From the NCBI GenBank assembly GCA_965178125.1, contig OZ237771.1, forward strand, positions 434,001-498,000: DNA of 64,000 nt, given 5' to 3'. The first letter of the stretch is position 1, and every line of letters starts with the position of its first letter. The stretch comes from Bilabrum cf. latius. Taxonomy: Eukaryota. Positions 11,361 to 23,100 of the stretch are shown piece by piece. The notes beneath the pieces are model-generated. The model saw only the letters and a program-made list of their open reading frames with translations, was not told the origin of the DNA and did no database searches. The translations under genes and the position numbers were made by a program.

Positions 11361-14338
11361 TTACGTCCACTACGGAACGCCTCCACTCCCGCCGCCCCCT
11401 GCCCGTACCCTGTACCCCGCCCCCGCCACCTGCCCCGGCCCCCCTCTCACTGCTCCCCGCTGCACCGCCCCCGCCACCCGTGCCATCCCATCCATCCCAA
11501 CCCCATCACCACTATCCCTTGTTCCCCAGGCCCAGCCCCTCGCGGGGTTGGAACCGCCCCTGCCCCCCTGCCCAGCACCCCCAGCTGCACCCGCAACCGA
11601 GCGCCCCGGCGGTCCCCCCCCCCTGAACGCGACCCGCCGGACAGCCGTGGAGGCGGACGACAGAGCCGCGCGGGCCCTTCCCTGCGCGGTGGTTGCAACC
11701 GCTCTCAGGTGCTGGAAGGTCCGGAGCGCCTCCACCTTCCTCCTGTGTGCCCCCGGGTCCGCCACGGGCAGCCTCTCCCGGGCCTCAAGAATCCTGTCAG
11801 CGGCTTCCCTCAGCCTCGCCAGCTGGTCGCCTTTCCTCTGCATCGCAGTGAGGAGACGGGCCATGGCCGCCTCCATGGACTGCACCGCAGTGCGGTGCAC
11901 CTCGTCGCTCGTCACACCGCCCTTCCTGGAGACGGTCTCCGCCTCCAGCACCAAGCTCGAATACCTGTCCTGCAAAGACCGAAACTCTGCCTCCATCTGC
12001 TCCAGCACGTGGGAGATTTCCCGCTCTGGCCCAAGCGTGCGGTGTGCCACCAGACGAGGGCCAGAACCATGCTCCTCCTCTTCCTCCTCCTCATATTCCT
12101 CCTCCTCCTCGTCTTGTATCCCCGTGTACCCCTGCAGGCTGCCTCTGTCTATGCCTGTGCCTGTGCTGCCCATCCCGAGCCTTCCTGCCCTGGATCCGGA
12201 GCCGGAATGTGGACGGTTGCTGTTCTCCGGTCCATCCTGTCTGGACTGCCTCTCCTTCTCTCTCTCGTCCTGCATGCGCCTCTGCCGCCGCAGCGTGGCA
12301 TCGCTCCTCGAGATGGCTGCCGCCCCGGGGCTCTGGCGCTTCTCGCCCCCTATCCCATCGGCCCGAGCACCTGCTCCGGATAAGTTGGTCGCAGCGGTCC
12401 CGGCCAGACCCCGACTCAGATCTTCATCTTCATCTCCGTGCACCGGTGGGTCCATCGTCATGTTGCCCCCTTCCAGCCCCTGCCCATGCCCCTGTTCCTG
12501 CCCATGCCCTTGCCCACGTCCCTACTCCGCTGCTCCAGCCGAGGAGGATGCCATGCCAGACTGCTCCCACTCGTCACTCGCCTTGCCCCACTCTGCCCTG
12601 GACTGGGACTGCGATTGAGATGATGCCTTCGATACTGCGGCGTCGGGCCACGGCGCACTGTCCTACTGGTTCTCCTCCTCCTCCTCCTCCTCCTCCTCCT
12701 CCTCGCGATTGACACCGGCTGCACCATCGTGCACTGCACCCACACCCGGACCCCGCATTAGCACCGCCTCGTCCGTATTCCCCAAATCGCCTGCACCACC
12801 ATGGGGTGCACCCTCCCCCTCCCCCTCCTTCCCTTCGTCCTCTCCCCCCAGCCCCAGCCCTCTCTCCACCGCACCATCCACCGTGTCACGCCCCGCCTGT
12901 TCCTCCGCCCGCACAGACGCCTCACTCCTGCCATAGGCACGGTGTGACGACAGCGCCTGCTGCACGTTGCCGATCACGCTGTGGCTGGGGCCGGGCCGGC
13001 CGCTGGGCATGAAAGGGATGGGCTTCCCGCCGTTGGCCTCCAGCAGCAGCTGCTGCGTGGTCTTCCCACCACTCGTCACACCACCCCCACCACTCGTCAC
13101 ACCTGATTTCCCCATCGTCCTGGCCCTCTCCCTCTCCTCGCGGAGGAACTGTGCCCTCGAAGAAGCGCCTCGCATAGCTCCGTCCAATCGGCTGCGGGCT
13201 GCCGCAGAGGCTTCAGCGGCGGGACCCATGCCGATGGAACCACCCCTCTCTTCCCCCTGGGGATATCCCCCCCCACCGTACCCACCCATGCCACCTGACC
13301 CCATAACCATGCCACCAAACTGCCCATCCCCGTCCCTATCCCCCATGTTGGCCTACCACGGGCGGTCCCTCCCATCCCGGCGCCGCGCGCGACCCTGCAA
13401 CGACACCTTGCGACCACCTCTTCCTGCGGAACCGGCGCCGCGCTTCTTCTTGCCGCCCGATTTCTTCTTGCGGCCCCCTCCCCCTCCTCCTCCGCCCCTG
13501 CGGGAACCCGCCCCCTCCCCCACCAGCCTCGCAGTCAGCACGTCCGCCTTGGCTTCCGCCAGCGCCCGCCTCTTGTCCGCCTGCCGCGCTGCCTCTTCTT
13601 GTTCCCTGACCTCCCTGCGCCCCTGCTCCGCCTCGTCTTGCGCCCTCCGCAGCGAATCGTCGAGCAGCTGCACCCTCTCCCCCGCCCTCCTGTACCTCTC
13701 CTGCTCGGCCTCTGCTCGCCCCCTCCACAGGCCGATCTCGCCCGCCTGATCCTCGATCTGCTTGTCTTTCGAAGCGATGGTCAGCCGCAGGGTCTGAGCC
13801 TCTGCTCTCTGCCGACCAAGCATGGACCTGTGGTTCGCGTCCGCCTGCCTTCGCTCCCTCTCCAGCCGCTGCTGCGTCTCGGATGCTTCCATCCGGTACT
13901 GCGATGAAAATACGAACGGCGGGCATGATATTGGGAGCGAAGTACATGCAACTAAGCCCCTGCAAAGAACACACGCCGGACCCATCGGATATGTACACTT
14001 AATGAATGCAACTAGACAGGAGCAGTTGCACGCTCCCTCACGTGCTCGTACTCGGCGCGCAGCCGCTCCAGCTCCCTCTTGAGGCTCTAGTTCTCCTCCG
14101 CGCGCTATCTAAGTTGCTACTATACGCTTTTAAGGGCCTCAATCACAACGCTGCTTGAGCCGGTGTGGCCAGGGGCCACTCCGATTCGCTGTGCGAGCGC
14201 CTGGCCCGGTGACGAAGGGGCTTGCGAGATGACAGGGGGTCCAGTGCGGCCCAGTCGCAAGCTGCCATCAAGGCTGCGGGATGCTTCCATCTCTCGCATG
14301 GTCTTGAACGATGCGTCCCGAGACTCTGTTGTGTCCAT
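11361..14338 (-). CDS. CEP57: CEP57/translokin-like centrosomal coiled-coil protein; intron 13899-14041
   Basis: VIEALKSVQQQLRQ (with TAG=Q) resembles the Cep57 N-terminal coiled coil. IPFMPSGRPGPSHSVIGNVQQAL and EISHVLEQMEAEF...MQRKGDQLARLR resemble the conserved middle motif and microtubule-binding domain. ORFs 11370, 12663 and 13353 are in frame via TAG; ends TAA 11361-11363. Confidence 0.75.
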
Positions 14339-14542
14339 GGCGGCGAAGGACGCAGATGCACGAACAGACCCAAGCGCCGGTCAGCGGTCAGGTTTGAAGT
14401 TGGATCAATGGAAGAGGCAACTTTGAGGTTGCCAGCGTGATGTGTACCGCGAATTGCTGCGTTAGGTCCGAGTTGCGGCGCTCTTGTCAGGCTTGAGGCG
14501 GCTCCGTTTCAACGGGTCGATGACGCCGCGCGCAAGTTGCGG
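14146..14542. repeat. 397-bp direct repeat, copy 1 (5' end and upstream region of the CEP57-like gene)
   Basis: Colinear with 15313-15709 at a constant offset of 1167, no indels, about 13 substitutions by eye. Confidence 0.95.
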
Positions 14543-14812
14543 TTCCGTTAAAAAGTGGCTCATTGGCCGGACCCTACCGGTGTAAACAGCCCCTGGTGGC
14601 TCATTTGACGTAATAATACCATGTAATTGTAGCAATAACATTTATACCGACAGAATGAATGTTTTTTACTCAAAGACAATTGTATCCTGAGATACAGGGG
14701 GATACAGACAGCTGCTTCCCGGTCGCCTTCGTCACATTCTTGACCGGATTATGACACACTGAGTGCATGCAATCCATATTTGAGAAAGCCAGTAGGAATA
14801 TGTATCATATAA

Positions 14813-15505
14813 TTATTGTTTCTGCCGATTAAATTTCGAATTCGCGTCGATTTTACCGAGAGCTGCTGCTCCAGCGCCCTCAGAAGACTTGCGACGGCGT
14901 TTGCCAGGCCGTTCGTCGCTTACATCGGGGCTTTGTTGCCCGCAATGTCCGTGTACTTCTTCCTCATGGTTAGCTTTGTCGACTTCAGGGCGTTGACGCT
15001 TATCTCCATTGAGCACACGTCGCATTGCACGCAGCTGCTCCCGCAGGGCTCGGTTCTTCTGCTGTAATTGTCGAAATGTCCTCTCCTCTGCAGCAAGCTT
15101 TTTCTCTGCGACTTGCAACCTCCTCTTCCATGTGGCACTGCTCTTCCTTAGGGCATATAATTTGGCGCGTAGCTTCTTCTTGGTAGCCACCAACGCTGCG
15201 TCCGTCTACGATTCATCCGAGGCCTTACCTTGCTTCTTTCCCCCCCTAGCTATTACTGTTCTGGCTTGGCCATACACTGCACCCTCGGCAGCAAAAATGT
15301 TATACTTGCTGTCAACGCTGCTTGAGCCGGTGTGGCCAGGGGCCACTCCGATTCGCTGTGCGAGCGCCTGGCCCGGTGACGAAGGGGCTTGCGAGATGAC
15401 AGGGGGTCCAGTGCGGCCCAGTCGCAAGCTGCCATCAAGGCTGCGGGATGCTTCCATCTCGCGCATGGTCGTGAACGATGCGTCCCGAGACTCTGTTGTG
15501 TCCAT
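14813..15505 (-). CDS. Putative young chimeric gene (~230 aa): duplicated CEP57 N-terminus fused to an unrelated basic coiled-coil tail
   Basis: ATG 15505 (MDTTESRDAS...) lies in repeat copy 2. The frame runs through TAG 15206 into ORF 14813..15193 and ends at TAA. Confidence 0.55.
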
Positions 15506-15709
15506 GGCGGCGAAGGATGCAGATGCACGAACAGACCCAAGCACCGGTCAGCGGTCAGGTTTCAAGTTGGCTCAATGGAAGAGGCACCTTTGAGGTTGAT
15601 AGCGTAATGTGTACCGCGAATTGCTGCGTTGGATCCGAGTTGCGGCGCTCTTGTCAGGCTTGAGACGGCTCCGTTTCAACGGGTCGATGACGCCGCGCGC
15701 AAGTTGCGG
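15313..15709. repeat. 397-bp direct repeat, copy 2
   Basis: Colinear with 14146-14542. Confidence 0.95.
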
Positions 15710-15816
15710 AACTAGTGGATTGAACGAACCTTCGAACAGCCAAGAGAGGTTCGCAGACACGTCACTTTTCATACTGCATGAATCGGAGACTGGTCCGCTC
15801 GTTTACCGTAGGAGTA

Positions 15817-17347
15817 ATGGCGGCAGTAGCAGCAAGTGCATCATCAACATCGAAGGCAGCAAGCGCTGCGATAGCCAAGCTGGCTTAGCTTCCAGGCGTA
15901 TCGGATAGCACCGAATGGAAGGTCGGGAAATCGGACTCGGTATCCCGGTCCAGAAGCGTCATTTAGGCATTTGAAAGCGTAGAGCAGGGAGAAGGAGTTG
16001 GTGCAAGAGTTCGTCGATCTATCGGTCGCCCTGAGTTGCGCTCTCTGGATCCATTCCTGATGCTAGGTGAGTATTTCTTACAGTTGCTTCCGGAAGGCCG
16101 AAGGGCTTCCGCCTATGTTCTCGTTCGGTGCAAGGATTTCAGCGTGATTTTTGCCAGACCTGCACTTACATAAAAATGTCGTCTATGTTGTTGGTATTCC
16201 TGCGCAGATTTCTTTAACGTGAAGAAGCCAGGTGAGCCCAGTTGCCGTACCGAGCATCTGATCGCACCCGCCTTCCATTCGTTCCATACTTTCCCCCATG
16301 ATATATCTTCCGTCTTGCATACATTAATATCGCAGCCGGATTCCCGGACCACCCCCATAGGTAAGTCGCCTTGATATTCTCAGATGTGGTCATTCTTTCA
16401 CGGGTCATCCGGAAGCTCTGCCCCACCCTCCATCAGCTGTCCCAATGCCACATGCTACCACTTGCACTGCAACTCTAACCATCCGCAGGGGTCAGCAAAC
16501 TGTCACGTACATGACGGAGGGCTCCATGGAGCACGAGGATTTCGCGGGGCACCACGGCATCATCGGGCCGGGGGAGCTGCAGTACATGACCGCGGGCCGA
16601 GGGATCGTCCATTCCGAGGTGCCCGGCAGCGACGGAGAGAACAAGGGATTCCAGCTGTGGGTCAACCTGAAGAAGAAGGACAAGATGAGCAAGCCCAGCT
16701 ACCAGGAGCTGAGCAAGGGCCAGGTCCCCAAGGCGCGCACCGAGGACGGCGGGGTGGAGGCGAGCATCATCGCCGGCTCTGCGCTGGGCGTGGTGTCCCC
16801 CGTTCACACGGTGCAGCCAGTCTACTATTCCGACTTCAGGATGCTGCCCAACCAGGCCCTGGAGCACGCCATCCCCCCCGCGTTCAACGCCTTCCTGTAC
16901 GTGCTGCAGGGGTCACTTGCCGTGGGTCCGGAGGACAAGCCCACCCTCGTGCCCGCTCATCACACCGCTGTCCTCAGCCTCTCGAAAGAGGCCGCGGACG
17001 CGCTCAAGGAGGAGCAGAAGAGCGGGGGCAAGAAGAAGAAAGAGGAAGAGAAAGGTGAGACATCTGGTGAAGCCGCGGCTGGAGGCACCGAGGAGAAGAT
17101 GGAGGAGGACCCCAGCGCGGGGTGGGAGGACGGGGTGCACCTGAAGAGCGGAAAGAAGGGAGCCAGGTTCATCATCGTGGCGGGGGAGCCGACCAACGAG
17201 CCTGTGTTCCAGCATGGCCCCTTCGTGATGTCTAGTCAGGAGGGGATCATGCAGGCCTTTAGGGACTACCAGACGGGGAGGCATGGGTTCGAGAAGGCCA
17301 GGGGGTGGGAGAGCAAGGCCCTGAGGGAAAGGAGGGTCATGACGTGA
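15817..17347 (+). CDS. PIR: Pirin family protein; exons 15817-16066, 16208-16231, 16336-16360, 16489-17347
   Basis: EQGEGVGARVRRSIGRPELRSLDPFLMLD, GFPDHPHRG, QYMTAGRGIVHSE, GFQLWVNL and GEPTNEPVFQHGPFVM. Two in-frame TAG in exon 1; ends TGA. Confidence 0.93.
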
Positions 17348-17525
17348 GGACCCCAGCAGGTGGGTGGAGATATCAAGATGCATTGAACTGGTATGATGCG
17401 GTTGCAAGGCTTTCTAGTCACGTCGTCAAGGTGTGCTGCCCATGTCGTACGGAACCAACGCACAGTGCCAGCGCGGCGCCAAACCCACAGGAACGTGCCG
17501 CAGCACTCACTCAGTCGCGTTCACC

Positions 17526-18421
17526 ATGTCGAAACGTCGAAGGGGGATGAGCCTCGAGGAAAAGAGGTAGACAATGCGCACGTTAATGCTAGAGTCTGTG
17601 AGATGAATGCTCTGCCATGCGCATCGATGATTCGGTTGCCCGAGCAATTGCTACACAGTTGCACTTACGATGTTCCGGCTGCCGCAGCAAGAGGTTTACG
17701 ATCTAAAGGAACTTGAAAAGTTAGGAGGCAAGAAGGGCGTTGGTAAGAAATGGCGTGACCGCAAGCTTGCCGTGCCTTGTCCGGAACACAGTGCTAAGAG
17801 TTCGGTGGTGCATTCGAATTGGTTCGTGGCCATCGCAGTTACGCAAACGATTAAGGATGTCCTGCAATCGCTAGAGGATGATGGATTGATAACAATCGAA
17901 AAGATAGGTTCCAAGAACTTCTACTGGGCTTTCCCGTCAAAGGCATTCTAGTCAGTGAGCACGGTAGAGCGATTGCGAGCAACACGATAGCGCGCCCGCG
18001 ACGATCACTGCAAGCGTTTCAACAGTCTGATTATACACCACCGCAGTTAAAAGTGAAAGCAGAGGCTCTTGAGAAGGAAGCAGCGGACGACGAGGCGGCT
18101 ACCGGCGCGGCCCAGGCCCAGCTCGAGGCGCTGGCGGCGGAGAGGAGCGGCGGGGAGGAGCGGGCGGCCAAGCGGCGGCGGCTGGGTGAGCTGGATGGGG
18201 AGGCGGGGACGCTGAAAGCCGAGGTGGAGCTGCACAAGCACAACGACCCAGAGGTCCTGAAGGTGCTCCGCGGTCGGGTAGCAACCGCCAAGGATGCTGC
18301 CGACCGGTGGACAGACAACCTGTGGTCGCTCAAGGACCACTTGGTGAAGCGCATGGGGGAGGACAAGAAGAAGATCGACCAACTGCTGGAGACAGGGGGA
18401 GAGTTCGATTATGTTGATTGA
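17526..18421 (+). CDS. MND1: Meiotic nuclear division protein 1; introns 17598-17687, 17743-17838, 17955-18046
   Basis: Spliced product is MSKRRRGMSLEEKR(TAG)TMRTLMLESQEVYDLKELEKLGGKKGVVTQTIKDVLQSLEDDGLITIEKIGSKNFYWAFPS...NDPE...AADRWTDNLWSL...FDYVD, ending TGA. Confidence 0.93.
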
Positions 18422-19068
18422 CATGTGCAAGCTGTTCTGTTGCTCTCCGGCGGCCCTGCCGCACTGTCTCACAGTGCAGTGCAAATTTCGTTCAAAACTG
18501 CAATATTTGCACACAATTGCCGGTATGGGCGAAAAAGGTCATGCATAGAAGTCGATGTGTGCCCCTGTACAGCGGTTCTTCCGCGGCTGTCCACCGTGGA
18601 CCCTCGGCCTGGCTGTGTTTCTATTTACAATTGGCTCGGTGAGTTGTGCCGCCGCAAGGACCGCTCTGAGCTGAATAATTGCACTACAGCTTCCTAATCT
18701 ATATGATTCAAACATTCTTGGGAACCTGCAGATCCTTCTGGGGACCGGCGTTCGAGCATACATGACGTACACAAGCGACCGAGAGTACGATAAATCAATA
18801 GCCATGATCGTGCTTGGGTGCATTTCATTTCCACCCGGATTCTACGCCGTTTGGACTCTGTATGGCGCATGGAGACGTTGGCCGGGGTATTCGTACGATC
18901 AGGTACCAAGCTACGACGATTACTGAAAGCCGCGAGGCAGTCTGTTTGCTCAGTTCGGCGGCAAGGACTCACGCGCCCACTGGCAGTGATCAGTGCATGC
19001 ACAGATGAAACTACAAACCCGGATAATAATATTCGGTCAGGCTCAAGCCGCCATGTTTTCTGTGGTGC

Positions 19069-20062
19069 TCACGTGTCTCCCACCGTGGAGCTGCTCGGTT
19101 GAGAGGCACCGCCGCTGGCACTGGCGGGAGCTGCCGCCGCTCCTGCATTCGGAATGCCTGCCGAGGGCAACGATGGTGACCCGCCGCCGGTGACACTCGT
19201 CACATCAGATCCGAGCGCACCCCTGACGGCATCCAGGATGTCCCCCACGGCGGCCAGGGCCCCTGCCCCCGTATCTCCGCATGCCAGGGTGGAGGAGCCC
19301 TTGGGGGGTATGACGAGTGCGCCGATGGCCTCCATGGCCTTGATGTGCCCCCCGGTGAACGGGTGGTTCCACATGTGCGTGTTCATGGCGGGGGCCAGCA
19401 GCAGGGGCTTGCTCGTCGTCCCGTCGGGGGAGAAGGGCCAGGCCCGGGCCACGCAGGTCTGCAGGGGCAGAGGCAGAGGCAGGGGTAGGGGTAGGGGTAG
19501 GGGCGGAGGCGTGCAGTTGGATGGGATGGAATCCGTGTGCAGATGGGCCTATGGGGCGCTGCAGGTATCGTCACGATGCACCTCACGAGCAGGTTGTCGG
19601 CCAGTCCCCCAGCCAGCTTGGCGAGCGTGTTGGCGGAGCAAGGCGCGACGAGGAGCAGATCGGCCCACTTCCGGAGCTCAATGTGCAGCACGGGGTCCTT
19701 CTTCACCGACGTGTACGAGGCCCACTCGTCTTCATCCGTGTATGTCGGGAGTGACAGCGCTTCAAGAGCAGCGGCGTGCTCCGGAGCATAGCCCGGCGTA
19801 ATGTCGACAAAGTGCGATGCGGCTTTCGTCATGATGATTCGAACCTGCGGCTGATACGGCGGAAACTGGTCTGATCATTGATTCACATCGTACTACTTCA
19901 TGATGATTAACAGTTTGACCCTCTCACTTCGCACCACTTAGACAGCTTCACAGCAAGCTCAGCATGTTTCACCGCTGCCACCGATCCAGACAAGCATAGT
20001 AGCACGTGTGGGCGCCGGCCTTCCTTTGAATCGGCATCATCAAAAACACCTACCCCTGCCAT
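19069..20062 (-). CDS. PPCDC: Phosphopantothenoylcysteine decarboxylase (HAL3/CoaC flavoprotein); introns 19845-19927, 19459-19586
   Basis: [70 protein letters not shown] and LACGDTGAGA; ends TGA. Confidence 0.94.
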
Positions 20063-20198
20063 TTAGTCGTTTTACGCTCATAGTATTGTGAAATTGACCG
20101 AAACCTTCCTGGATTCGACCAGTAGTCGTCACATCTCTCCAGCTCGCTGGATCGGGCCAGCGGTTTCAATTTGCGCAGTTGTGCGAGCGACACCAACT

Positions 20199-23100
20199 AT
20201 GCCAAGGCAACGAAGTGGATCAGCCGCAAGCAATCGTAGCTCTGGATCGGCACGGCGCAGGTCATTGGACAATCGAGCGCCATTTGGAGCTGCTGCCGGT
20301 GCAAAATGGACCGAGATGAGTCCCGATGCAACTACTGGTCTTGGAGGGGACCAGCGACCACCGGAATACGTGATTAACAAGCCGCTTATTAATATTGACC
20401 TACTTGCAAAGTCTATTGCCGAGTACTCGGTATTTGATGATTTTGCTGACGGTGGCAGGACGAAGTTTTCTACCTCTGTGGTTGCTGAGATGCACCTTCG
20501 GTACGGCATCCTTGCCGCGAGGCTGGCCACCGCCGATGCTATCGTGCAGACGATGATGAATAATGCGCTGCGTGGGTCTGGGGCTGGCACTTTGGCTACG
20601 GTGGTCCGCCGGGAGCCCGACACTCGGTTCATGATCGCCTGGGTGAGCTGCGTCAAATGCGTATCAATGCATCATGTTGCAATTAAAACCATGGTCATGT
20701 CCATGGATGCCGTGTATCTCGTATTTTTGCTCGCCTTCGCAGCTGCTGCTCTAGCTTGCTGGCTGTAGCTAGCGGCAGCCCGACGTCGGAGCCGCCCTGC
20801 GAGCCATCCTGCGGTTCCGCGGACGCCGCGCATTGTCCCGCCTGCAGCGTTCTCACGAACTGGTTGCATGCATGGCTCAGCTAGAGCGAGCGCTCACGCT
20901 GGAAGAGGCCGCGCATTCGCCCCGTGCTCGCTCATCGGACGGAGCAAGTGCTCGGCGCCACTGGCAGAGCGAGCACGGAGCAAGTGCCCCCCGCATCGGA
21001 TACGAGCTGCTCGCGATCCGGGTACCCAAGCAAGCTTCGCCGCACGGAATGTTCGGCGTGGCGGGTGACCCCAACCAGGGGTCAGCCCCCCTGCCCCTTG
21101 GGGTCCGACTGGCAGCTGCACCCGCCCGGGTGAGGGCGAGGGCGATTACATGCAGCCATGGGGATGAGACGGGAGGCGGGGGGGCGACAGGTGCAGGGAC
21201 CGGTGCCACTCGTCACACCCCGGAGGAGGAGGCCCGCGACTGGGTGCACAGGACGCAGCGGAGTGCAGCGCACGGTGGTGCCGCTGAGTAGCTGGACAGC
21301 CCGCGCACCGACCTGCAGCAGCTGCAGCGCATTGCAGTGCAGAGGGAACAACCCAATGGTGGCGAGGGAGATGCAGTGCAGGGGTCAAGGGGCGGAGATG
21401 CTGGCGCGAGCAGCAGCAGCAGCAGCAGCAGTGATGGTCGTCGCGTTGGCAGCAGCAAGAACGAGGATGCGAGCACGAGCATCGGATCCGGAGCAAGAAT
21501 CATGGACCCAGGGTTGGAAGTCGCTGCGGCGCGGGCGGACGTGCTGGCACTTACAGCTCCGAATCTAGGCGGTCCCGGGGCACCGGCGGCGGCAGCACCT
21601 GTCCCACCGCCAGGACTGGCAGTAGTTGGAGCTGGGACTGCCACTGCATTAGGCGCGGGGGCTGGTACTGGGGTGAGTCCCTAGCCAGCCATGGAGGGGG
21701 GCAGTGTGACGAGTGAGGAGCCGCCGCCTCCAGCCAGCACAGCTTCGGGTGGAGCTGTGGCTGCGACTGCCAGCGGCTCCGCGCAAGCTGTGCCACCAGC
21801 AGCCCCTACGGCACATGTTGTTGCCAGCGCAGATACCTCCAATGGAACGGTCACCCCGGCCACATCACAGGGAACAAATGAGGGAACAACCACCGTGGGA
21901 CCAGTCCCCGCCCCGCCGGCCCCCGCTCCGTCCCTGGCAAGCGTTGGAACGACGCAGGGAACAACGCAGGGAACTCAGCCAGTGCCAGCCGCAGTTACCC
22001 TACCGTCAACCACAGGCTCAGTCGTCGCAATGCCTGCACTCGTCACACAGGGCACGCACGCAACCGCAAGCAGCAGCAGTACCCGCAGCCCCCGCGCGGC
22101 TCTGATCTCCCAAGGCCTCTCCGGGTCCGTGTCCCCCGCGGTGGGGTCAATGCCCCCTGCTCCCCCAGGGGTGCACTCTCCCCGGCATGGGGGTCTCGAG
22201 TCCATGCCTCGGTCCCGGCGGCAGGGGGGGACCGCCCTTGGCTCAGCCGCTTCCATTCGCTCTGGAATGTCGAGGGGCAGCAGCAGCAGCGGGCCGAGGA
22301 CGGGGGGAGGGGGGGGCTTGCACGGCGGTGCGGGGGGGGTGGGGCCGCAGGAGCAGCCCGCGCCTGCGGATTGGCCGTGGTTTGAGGGCAGCGGGCCCGT
22401 GACCGCAAGGTGGCCAAAGGTGGGCGCCACTTTGGCCAGGCACCTCGCACTGCGGCTGTCCCTGCCCGGGGGCAGGCCCCCCTGGGACTCTGATTTCCCG
22501 ACGGAGCCCAGCGAGGCATCGCAGGAGGCGGCGGCGGCGCTGGAGCTGGACCCCAAGCTGGAGGCGGAACAACTGTTATCCCGGTCCTGGAGAGACGCAA
22601 GCCGGAGGGCGAGCCTGCTGCAGGCGGTGGTGGACAAAGACCGGCCCGTCTGGGACGATTCCGGATTGGGCGGGGCCGCCGGGTTGCTGGCGGGTTGTCA
22701 GGCTGCCTCCCCTCAGGATGGTCTGGCTCTAGCATCCATGAGGAGGCTGGCAGCGGGGGAACAAGGCGGGGCAGACGATGTGGGTGGAGCTAGCGTGCTG
22801 GCGGGGCCGCGGGCTGTGACTGGGTCGGCCACGGGTGGCCTGAGCACGAGTGCGGAGCTGGGGCTGCCAGCCGCCGTGATGCTTGAGGTGGGTAGCAGGC
22901 TGGGGATGGGAGTGGGGCTCGGGCATGGGACAGGGATAGACGAGCCCAGCGGTGGCTCGTGGGCGTCTCACTCGTCACACCGCGGAGGTGCTGCCGATCC
23001 ATCACCGCACCCTCCGGCAGTGCACCCCGCCTCTGCCGCGTCTTCGTCTTCCCTCTCTTCTTCTTCTTCATTTTCGACCTCGATGGCGGGCATGGGCGGG

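Noticed and set aside
10824-11363. CEP57-ion channel fusion through TAA 11361
   Set aside because: The frames coincide, but the gap has intergenic composition and typical intergenic length, and the fusion is biologically implausible. It is kept only as a test of TAA meaning.
18625-18870. Possible 81-codon minus-strand ORF (MRHTESKRRR..., one TAG, TAA stop) between MND1 and PPCDC
   Set aside because: It has no recognisable motif or coding-like composition and cannot be distinguished from chance.
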